Positions 1-9,256 of a DNA stretch of 64,000 nucleotides are shown here, piece by piece (the stretch's first letter is position 1; each line of letters starts with the position of its first letter). The notes under the pieces are model-generated. The model did no database searches and was not told the origin of the DNA. It saw only the letters and a program-made list of their open reading frames with translations. Source of the DNA: Lingula anatina (lineage: Eukaryota > Animalia > Brachiopoda). Made by a program: the position numbers and the translations under genes. Location: the NCBI GenBank assembly GCA_051362555.1, contig CM120648.1:9048587-9112586 (forward strand), written 5' to 3'.

Positions 1-920
1 CTATCCCGTATCTCGAAAGAATCGCTATTTTGAGCGCCTGCGCTAGCATGGCTAGCGTGCGCTATCCCGTATCTCGAAAGCTTCGCAAATCCCGGCCGTG
101 CGCTAATGTCCAAATCGCCATTAGTTTCGAGGCTATTATTTGCGGCGATACAAACTAGTCGCAAAGGCCTCTGCGAATGCAAAATTCGTCATTTTGATGT
201 GTCTTATATGTAATTAAACATGGTGGCAAGTTTGGGTTGCTAGTCATAATAGCATATAATAAAACATATAACAAAAACATGGAAGCTTTTAATTGATTGA
301 ATCACTGGTACCTCTGATAGAAAAACTTGCGGTAAATATTCAAGTGAAGAATGCCAAAGTCATGTTTTATTATGCAGAAAATTTCAAAATTAAACATTTC
401 ATACATCATTTTATATTTTCTGGTGCATTTCATTCATCTGTGTAGTCTATTGATAATAATAATAAATTTAAAAGTGTCATTTTCCACACAAAATGAAAAA
501 GCAGAAACAAAGCATTCGGTCGCACCGTCACCTTCCTCAATGTCTATTATTGTGAGACTGAACACTACTCACCAGTGTGTCAGTAATTGTGTCAGTCCAA
601 GCTTCGCTTATTGAATTGTTTTTTGACATTTTATTGGTGTCAAATACTTTAAATATCAGTATTTGTTATTATGATATTCCTATAAATTAAAACAACCTCT
701 TGATTTGCGTCATGGTGAAAAAAATTGCATTTTGTGTAATTGTGTTATGACGTCTTCACTTTATGCGGCAATCGAATTTTAGTAGAGTTTGGGGTTATAA
801 TTGCGTTGCGTCTGCTAAGGCTTCGAGATAGCAGGTGGGTGCAATCGTACTAGCAAATAGCGCACGCTAGCTATGCTATAGCGCGTGCGCAACATAGCGA
901 ACCTTTCGAGATTCCGAGCC
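1..920. mobile_element. Non-autonomous PIF/Harbinger-like element; left end lies outside the window
   Basis: Bases 1-65 (CCCGTATCTCGAAAG…GCTAGCGTGCGCTAT) are the imperfect reverse complement of 857-920, and CTATCCCGTATCTCGAAAG occurs twice (1-19, 62-80). The right end …CTTTCGAGATTCCGAGCC is followed by CTG and matches the TIR of the complete MITE at 52349-52497. Confidence 0.6.
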
Positions 921-928
921 CTGATCAT

Positions 929-1559
929 CGGTAGATCAGACCACACTACCCGTTTTCAAGGTGTGAGTCAGTACGCATTATACAGTATCATACCCTGAAC
1001 AAATTTTGAGTGGTGATGCAATGCTTTTACAACCCCGCTGAGAATCGTCACTATCACATCGCGTACTAGGCAAGAGCGGTGTCGCGTCTGATACTGTGAA
1101 ATGCGTACTGATACAGAGCTTGAAAACGGGTAGTGTGGTCCGATTTACCGGTGAATTCAGGATCATTCGGTGCCGAGTCTGGTAGTTGGGTAGGCCTGTA
1201 GTAAGGCATGCAGCCAGCTTTTTCAAAAGTTTCGTTTTCGGAAAAAAGGGGATCCCTGTACCCAATTTGACCCAATTTGGGAAATGGCATAGAAACTAGA
1301 ACAAAAGTTGATCCAGAACGTTGTCGATGTTTAAGAAGTTGAATGAAGTGTCGATTATACACAGGCCTACCCAACTACCAGATGTGATAGTGACGATTCT
1401 CAGCGGGGTTGAAAAGCATTGCATCACCACTCAAAATTTGTTCGGGGTATGATACTGTGAAATGCGCACTGACTCACACCTTGAAAACGGGTAGTGTGGT
1501 CCGATCTACCGGTAAATTTGGGATCATTCGGTGCCGAGTCTGGTAGGTGGGTAGGCCTG
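929..1559. repeat. Nested cluster of inverted and direct copies of one MITE-like repeat (termini CAGGCCTACCCAACTACCAGA)
   Basis: 929-1060 is the reverse complement of ~1381-1512; ~1089-1199 is a direct copy of ~1450-1559; CAGGCCTACCCAACTACCAG at 1362 is inverted to 1180-1199 and 1540-1559. Confidence 0.75.
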
Positions 1560-1806
1560 ACACAACAGAGCTGAATTTTTCAAAGATGGACTGTCCACTT
1601 GCCCATGCCTTTTCCGAACCTGCTTCGGAAGTTTTCGTTTTGCCTCGATAAACCATTCATCCCATCTGCATGCATATTTCTTTACTTATCGTTTACACGT
1701 TTTCTAACACAAAAAGGTCATTTTTATCAACTTTTTGTTTCGACTTGTTTTATTCACAATGCATTCACAAGGCAATTTGAGTCACGCCCCACGTATCTCT
1801 TTCCAG

Positions 1807-2864
1807 ATTTTTCTGGTCATTGCCCGGCATCCTGGATAGAAATACGAGGGCGTTGTCTGCTACCCTCTGAGAACGAAGTCAGTTACGAAAAGGCACGAAC
1901 CGAGTGCGCGTCACGCCATGAGCGGGGATCTTTAGCTACAGCAAGCAACAAAATACTTTATAAGGACTTGACGAAGCGACTTGTCTATCCGCTTACAGGA
2001 TACGAGTTCTCTTATTACATTGGTGAGTCTGGGTCTGCTGGGGCAATATTAATGATGCCAAAAATTTACACTTTAAAGCAAAATGAGCGAATATTTACGT
2101 CTGAAGAGTCTGCAGGTGGAAGGGGCGGAAGCTTACCTTGACTACTTGTGCAATTTCTGTGGATTACTTTGAACATTTTAATAGAGATTTCTGCCAACAC
2201 GTCGAGAATGACAACCGTACTCGAAGGGTCGGTGGAAGAATGGCAAAGCATTTTGCCAGGCTGACCGAAATTTTAAATTTTTAAATTGGTCTGCCGTACC
2301 TCATGCACTTAGAAAACGCACCTAGTAAAAGTGGCTTGGAAGAGTGGACAGCATCGTTGTAAGGTTAATAATTTATCGTCAGAATAATCAAATTCGTTTT
2401 CATAGTTTATTTGAAAAAAATGGCCACATCCCATTTTTGCTACTGGAGCTTTTACCGCACTGCATACCCATTTTAGTCGAGATAGAACAGCGTGTGATGT
2501 ATATCAAACAGAAAATAAGAGAGAAAAACAAAGAGTTTAATTGATTCATTGTTCAAGTATCGACGTTCCCGCTCTATTAAAATGCAGAAAGAAAATTAAA
2601 ATTTATTGAAATCATATTATAACCTTGGCTTCTTTTCCCCTAGGATTGGATGACAAAGCTGAAAAGGGCGTGTACGTCTTCAGTGACGGCATTACGATTG
2701 ATGGAAATTATTCAGAGTGGATTCCATACATCAAGCCGTATAATAAAGAAGGTCCCGGATGTGTTTGCCTTGACAACAACGAGGCGTTTATGTGGAGAGT
2801 GACAGATTGTATGGAGAGAAAGCGATATATATGTGAAATTATAACTGGGATGTTAATATTGTAA
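1807..2864 (+). CDS. C-type lectin domain protein (3' part; upstream exon(s) not identified)
   Basis: Exons 1807-2022 (acceptor ctctttccag, donor G|gtgagt) and 2644-2864 (acceptor ttttcccctag) join in phase 1. Translation CPASWIEIRGRCL…YEKARTEC…GSLA…YYIGLDDKAEKGVYVFSDG…YSEW…CVCL…WRVTDC…YICE matches the CTLD Cys/WIGL pattern. Confidence 0.85.
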
Positions 2865-2929
2865 CACAACATTATTTTTAACGAGATATATTTAAGTCAT
2901 GTAATTGATTAATCGCACAACTTGCTTTA

Positions 2930-3014
2930 TTCGGGCACTGATAATTTCCCAGAATTCTTCGGACTCTGATGATTTCCCAGGATACTTCGGGCACTGATAA
3001 TTTCCCAGGATTCT
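2930..3014 (+). repeat. 28-bp minisatellite, 3 units (TTCGGGCACTGATAATTTCCCAGAATTC)
   Basis: Directly visible tandem units; the paralogous copies carry about 5 units (14676-14815) and 1 unit (~16667-16696). Confidence 0.85.
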
Positions 3015-3201
3015 CATAAAACTCATTGCATATTTTTATTTCCTTTTATCGAGATTACTGAAACAGAAAACAACCCTCATTTTTTTCTTCATAAAGTAGC
3101 ATAATTCTTTATTTCGTAATAAAAGTATTTAGGTAGCCAAATGTTCAAAAGCACAACGAGGATACTCTTGAGTAAATTGGAGGAAAGCCTGGAAAGGTCT
3201 G

Positions 3202-4523
3202 GGCCTGGTTTCACAAAAAAATTTAGTCAGGTTCCCTGTCCAAGAACTTATTTACCAAGGTTACATGGTCACGTGGGCATATCTTACCCTATCAGGAGCA
3301 AAGTAACAGCACTTCTCTGGAAATCCTATTCGACTAAGCCAAGGAACTGACTAAAGGGTATTGTTACCCTTTTTTATCATCCAGATTCCGAAAATGAGGT
3401 TCTTCTACATTTAATTATTAAATAAGGCATCTTTCTTTGTTCTGGGATAAAACAAAAAAAAAAACATCGAAAAATATAAAATATAAGCGTTTATATTTCT
3501 CGTTGGAATGTATAAGCATAGACAAATCAAAGCTTTAATCGTCAATTTAACACCTTTCTGTTGTGAGATAAAAGCAATCGGTAAGGGGCGTAGCTTCATC
3601 CCTGAACTAGATTTTATCACAAAAATTGGCATAGTGTACCCTGAGTGTATGGGCTACAATCCAATGCTGTCAGTTTGGTTAAATGTTTTTGTTATATAGT
3701 TATGGGAAACTGATTACAGATTTTAATTAAGCAAAGGCATTATTTTGCTTTATCAACGATAAAATCTGAAGACTTTTAAGAAAAATTGCTATCAGGGTTT
3801 TGTAGTATTAAATGGTGTCATCAAATCGGCGTTAAAAGGGTGCTCGTGTGTACTCAGGTGAAAGAGAAATCTGATAAACCGATTTTTTTCAGTTTTTATC
3901 CCAAAATCGCAATTATGACGTCACACGTAAGGTGACATAATGATATTTATAAATGTTAAATGATTTAGTCACTGAACACTGGAGATTTATCTATTATCGA
4001 AAAGAATGTATGTAAGGCAGTTATTGTAGACGACGTTAAGCATAAAATGTCTGAATCCTTTATTATTTATACAGACAGCACAATTTGTAACAATTCCGTT
4101 AGCACAATAGAAACCGTGACACGTTTGTTCTTTGTGTACTTTGGACTTTTTGTGCAAATCTAAAAAAAAATGAAAAAATTACGTAAGTATGCGATAAATA
4201 ATAAACTCAAAGAAACTAATAGAAACAAACTACAATATATGCGTTAAACTAAAAAATACATTTTACAATTACTCACATTATATGCTATCTACGGTTCCAA
4301 ACACAGGTGACCGACCGGTATGCTTGCTACTTGACTACTAAATTCTCTCGAGATTTCTATACCATCCACACCCAAAACCACGTGACTGATTACTGTTCAA
4401 CTAACTAAGAGTGACCACAGGGTCATGTGACTTGGCGCACTAACAGCAGTAAATAAGGAGTTTTGGGCGAAGGTTGAATATAACCTTATTTATTTATTTA
4501 TTTATTTTTTGTGAAACTGGGGC
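3202..4523. mobile_element. Non-autonomous Harbinger-like DNA transposon, ~1.3 kb
   Basis: Imperfect TIRs GGCCTGGTTTCACAAAAAA / TTTTTTGTGAAACTGGGGC with CTG on both flanks (3199-3201, 4524-4526). No ORF inside. Confidence 0.6.
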
Positions 4524-5760
4524 CTGATGTCATATTGCTTTCAATTTGAATTTTAAAAGAAGCATTTGATCTTCGAGTTCCATTTGAATTACAATAAATC
4601 ACTGCATTTTTATCATTAAACTATGAGGAAAACGCAGCAAGCCCACAGTTTATTGATGGAGCATTCATACTTTAGATCCCCCTTCCCCAAAAAGAGAATA
4701 GTGGTTGTAAAATTGTTTATTCCACCACGAGAACCTTACAACTAACAATGAGTTAATCGCTGACATTCATTTTTTGTGCATAGACACTATTAAAGTTATT
4801 CTGTCTGAGAAGATTAATTTTCTCCCTGTACTTGAATTCGATGCTTTCTGTCATTTCCGACTTCGTAAAGTGAACTCCTTAATTCCCGAATTAATATCAA
4901 CATCAGTTAATGTATAATGCTTGAATGTTTTCTTCCTTAGAATAGAAAAAAATGTGACGAGTTTTGCATGATGTGTAGGCAAAGAGTAAAGGACTTTGGA
5001 TAATTCTTAAACTCGGAAGTATACCTTTAATATACCTTATACATGTATACTTTGGTGCACTGCACGATGTTTTCAATTTGAACGCTTCTGTTAAAGCACG
5101 AACACATTCAAATACATATAATACTCGAAACTGTTACGTATTTATACATTTACTCTGAAAGATAATTCTAAAATGCGGTGAGTTATATGAAATCTGCAGA
5201 CTTGTGTAAAGTAAAACGGTGCTACAGTGCCGCCGGAATCTCCCCTTACTTACCCTCCGGGTCGCTGCGGGTTGTACGGACGGCCTCTCTCGGTAACTAT
5301 GGAAATAACATTGTCATGCATACGCTGTTTGGTTTCTGTTAACAGTAGTTCCATACCCTGCCCGTCGGGCAATTATCGTGACAAACTTTCTGCTAACAAA
5401 AGAGCCTAACCCTAGCTCGCTGAGATAAAGATCGAAGGTGAGCGTAGTCGCAATTAAGTGTTCGTCCAAGCATTAATTGACCTTTAATGCGCGGTGGCTT
5501 CACTCTACTTTGATCACTCTACTCTTATACGGATATTTTAAGTATAAAAACTTGCCAACAGTGATTTTTAAAAGTCGCTTTACCAAAAAGATTCGGTGAT
5601 GACAGCAATTTTCATGTACATTGTAGCTATGAATTGATTGAATTTACATAGAGTTTAATAAATGAATTTATGAATTTATTAAAGATCAAATAAAACACTA
5701 CTCGTACTTGTACATGTAATATTTATTAGGCTTCAAACTGTCTTTACTATATGCATATTA

Positions 5761-6156
5761 TTAGCAAGAATGAAATTTATTTTTATAGTATGTCCTTATA
5801 TTTCTATTAGCTTTGTTCATAGACGAAATGCGTTTTTTCCAAAAAGACTTGTCAGTTGCTTCAGTGATAAACATTTTGTTAGCCATATCTTTAATATTGT
5901 TCAGTCTATATTTGCATATAGGATCTCTCCCATCTACACCCGTAACATTTCTGTCCTTTCGTATTCGTTCATCAATCGTAAACAACCTTCCCATCAACTG
6001 AACGCAAAAGTTGCCTGGGGAACTGGCCCATTGTCGAATTTCGAATATTTCTTTATTTGACAAGGCGACGGATGGCCGGCCGAAAGATTGATTCCTTGAT
6101 TCTGTAGGACACAAAGTAGGAACTGTTTCTCTGTCATTGTTTGATATGTAATTCAA
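5761..6156 (-). CDS. BEN-domain-like ORF inside the Tc1 element (5' end degenerate)
   Basis: RQWASSPGNFCVQLMGRLFTIDER…NVTGVDGRDPICKYRLNNIK…FWKKRISSMNKANRN fits the BEN pattern recognised by eye (NF..L...LF..E…N.G..G+..l…RL..I+…W). AATAAA lies on the - strand at 5722-5727. There is no in-frame ATG, and the frame upstream is broken. Confidence 0.65.
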   Translation of the reverse strand: MNYISNNDRETVPTLCPTESRNQSFGRPSVALSNKEIFEIRQWASSPGNFCVQLMGRLFTIDERIRKDRNVTGVDGRDPICKYRLNNIKDMANKMFITEATDKSFWKKRISSMNKANRNIRTYYKNKFHSC

Positions 6157-6644
6157 AACGATAGGAATAGTTCATCTTTACGATCTAAAGCCCAAACTTA
6201 ACCAAAAGCCTTCTTCATACTTAAAAGCATCAAAAGAAATTAATTTAAAAAGCTGGATTACAATCTCTCGGGCTAACTTCACTGGTTGGCACGTGTCATC
6301 TTACATTAATTAACAATCAGTACAGGTTAGCTTTATTCATGCTGGGTAAACACAGTGATTAAGCCCTGACTATTACATAATCACTACTGTGTGACACGCG
6401 TCGTCTAAAATTAATGTTAACATTGCGATGACGCTCTCCAATCCAAACTAATCAATTGCACATAGTTCTAAATCAACTGACACGTGTCAACAGGATTGTT
6501 TGTGTACCTGAACTTCCTAAATGGCCAATAAGTATTTTGTTTAATATGACATGTTTATGTCACTGATTTCCATGCCATCGTGTCACCTGCCAAGTGAACG
6601 GTATAAATCGACACTCAAATTTTCCAAATCATCACAATTCCAAG

Positions 6645-7067
6645 ATGCCTCTTAGCGATTACGTGCGTCTGCGTATCATCGCCCTCCGAGAACAAGGGGT
6701 GGGAATTAAAAACATAACCGCACAAATGGAAAATGAAGGCCATAAAGTGTCGCGACAAGCCATTTACTTTGTGTTAAAGAAATACGACGAGTGCACGATA
6801 CAAATGGAATCTAACAGTAAGCTGATGTATTAATTGGTTTCGCTCCCCTCCAGAAAGCCCTGACCTTAACCCCATTGAAAACGTATGGGCTGAAATCAAA
6901 CATCACCTGCGTACGCGTGTTAAGCCTACCACGAGAGAACAACTTGTTGACGGCATTAGAGAGGCATGGGAAATATTAACGCAGAAAAGTGTAATAAATA
7001 TATTAATCACCTTAAGAAGGTGATTCCAGCGGTAATTGAGCGAGAAGGTCGTGCATCAGGCTACTAA
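6645..7067 (+). pseudogene. Tc1-type (DD..E) transposase remnant with a large internal deletion and frameshift
   Basis: An N-terminal HTH-like segment MPLSDYVRLRIIALREQGVGIKNITAQMENEGHKVSRQAIYFVLKKY abuts the C-terminal INWFRSPPESPDLNPIENVWAEIKHHLR…QLVDGIREAWEIL/…CNKYINHLKKVIPAVIEREGRASGY*. The middle of the catalytic domain is missing. AATAAA at ~7083. Confidence 0.9.
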
Positions 7068-9104
7068 ATTAGCAACACATGTAATAAAGGTAATGAGGCA
7101 TTGATATTTATTTGATGTTTTAGCTATTTAAAATTTTCCATTTTAACTACGCTTTTGTTGATCGTGACTTATTATCATCAAATAAAATTGTTATACGTGT
7201 TTTAAAACTAAGCCTGATTTGTTCTTCAGAGTTTTGTTCTAATATTCGACTTGCCTTTACTCAAGTCTTCTGTTGCAGTTGATACATAACCCGGTATTGT
7301 TTGCTCGTGTCGATAGCAATCTCTTTGCATCAGCTATAATAGAAACCTTACGTGAGGCAATTAAGAAGGGGCAGACCGTGTTCGTTGAACCGACTAATTT
7401 GGTTGTCCGATAAGGATTGCTTGGGGATTCCCCTACCCTGTAATTATCATACGGCCTCTATTGTTCGACCATATGGGGCAGGGTTGGGAAACCATACGGC
7501 CATTTGGTAAGGGGACATTCCGGCGGCACTGTACTTGTACATGTACACTGATGATTATACTTCACTATATATAAAATGATAACAAAGAGCTATTTTGACC
7601 AATATTAATAATAAGCTAAACATGACTAGCAACAACTAATAATCTTTAACTAAATTATTTGGAGAAACTGCACACTGAAAGATTGGTCTTGCTGTTTAGA
7701 CCAAAAACTTAGCCTACTTTTATTCAGGGTGGTTTTACAGTAGTCCACTGAAATAAAATGAGTGTTGGATTTGCCAGTTACTCTTTCTTTCTTGTCATAA
7801 AACAGATACTTTTTACTGGTATACTGCTGAATTATCTTTGGTCAAACAGATTCAGATGTGTTCTAAATGAAAAGTTTATACTAACATTCAACCACAAGTT
7901 CGTCTGTGGAATGGTCCACAGTACAGTTCCATTAAGAAAACTTTCGTCTCTGACCGCAGGGCGCAATTTTCCGTTTCTCCAGGGAAAATTTCACCGTGTG
8001 TAAAACCTTAACAATATCGACATCTAACCATTTGTTGTGATCGAGTCTGTCAGAGTGAGCAGACGAAACAGTCAACAAGTAAATCAAATATTGTGGATCT
8101 ATCATAAATGAAAACTTTTCAACTATCAAAATTACTTAATTTCGCTCCAAGCCAACATGCGATCATTCGGTCCGTCTGAGGTATTTGGTTTCTGTACTCA
8201 CATCCTTCACACGCGATTGAAAGCTGTAACTATATTTCACAGAAATCTCTTATCCAGTCAGAAAGAGCTTTGGACATGCGAGCTCTTCTCTCATGTGACT
8301 TGATCATACTATCGATTTCATGATTTGATCACGATCTACCTATACTGATTATATAATGATGATGATTACTAAACACGAAATGGAAGTTCTTTTGTCTTTC
8401 TGAGACAAAACCAAGACACCAACGCCCTCGAGTGACTAAAGAAGTCCTAATAATTATTACCCCCTACCAGGGCCACAGATTGATTTTTTCACTAGATTTT
8501 TACAAACAATTAATGTCTCTGCCTAAATATGGTCAATCTTCTAACTGAGGAAAAATCCGCCACTGAGTCATGTGAAAACGGTGAAAAGTTTAAACTATTC
8601 AAATGGCGTGATTTCCCACACAGTATGGATTACAACATTAATGTAAGTTACAGTAATTCAAATACAGTACGTAACAAAATGTACCCAATTGGACCCTCGT
8701 ACAGGAGATAATGTGATCTTGATTAATGGAGAGTAATTAACGATTGCACATTAAGTTGCTCTGGAGATTTAATCTCTAAATTCATTTTTACATGTTCTGG
8801 TATCAGTCAATTTAAGGCAAAAATTCACTTCTATCTGAAAAATGATTAATCCACTGGTAAAAATAATAAGATCAATAAACCAAGGAATTGGGTAATCTTC
8901 TATAATAAAAAATTCGAATAATCACTATATTGGGTCAAAAAGTATTATATATTAAGTTATATATAGCTAGTTAAGGCATGTTAAAACAAATGTTTTACAC
9001 TTCTTCATATATTATATTGAATTTTTACTGAGGTTAGACTTGTGACCAAGGTCGAGCAGTGCTACATCAAGTGACGTGCTGGTCGGTGTCACGAAACTGA
9101 GGGT

Positions 9105-9255
9105 CCGTGTAACAGAAAGTCCCCCCTCCATATAGTTATAATGGTTAGGGTTAGCCTGACCTAAATGGGTCAAGATATAGGGCGAGGCTTACCTGTACAA
9201 ATGGACAGGAAGCGGACTCTCCATCATGGGGGTCTCTCTGTCACGTTACGCCGGC
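9105..9255. repeat. Short dispersed repeat with GGTTAGGGTTAG core and subterminal inverted repeats (Helentron-associated-like)
   Basis: GTAACAGAAAGTCCCC … GGTTAGGGTTAG … GGGGTCTCTCTGTCAC; a shortened copy sits at ~15641-15752. Family assignment is inference. Confidence 0.4.
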
Positions 9256-9256
9256 C

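Larger units (their letters stand above)
5225..7531 (+). mobile_element. Tc1/mariner-superfamily transposon, 2,307 bp, internally deleted, with BEN-domain cargo
   Basis: 25-bp TIRs CAGTGCCGCCGGAAT(C/G)TCCCCTTAC with one mismatch; TA on both flanks (5223-5224, 7532-7533); contains a transposase remnant with SPDLNPIE. Confidence 0.93.

Noticed and set aside
978-1656. Similar short ORFs (978-1265, 1066-1374, 1474-1656) sharing GLPxYQTRHRMI
   Set aside because: They are translations of repeated MITE copies, not genes.
2930-3014. 28-bp repeats as a possible CRISPR array
   Set aside because: The units are head-to-tail without unique spacers, the context is eukaryotic, and there are no cas genes.
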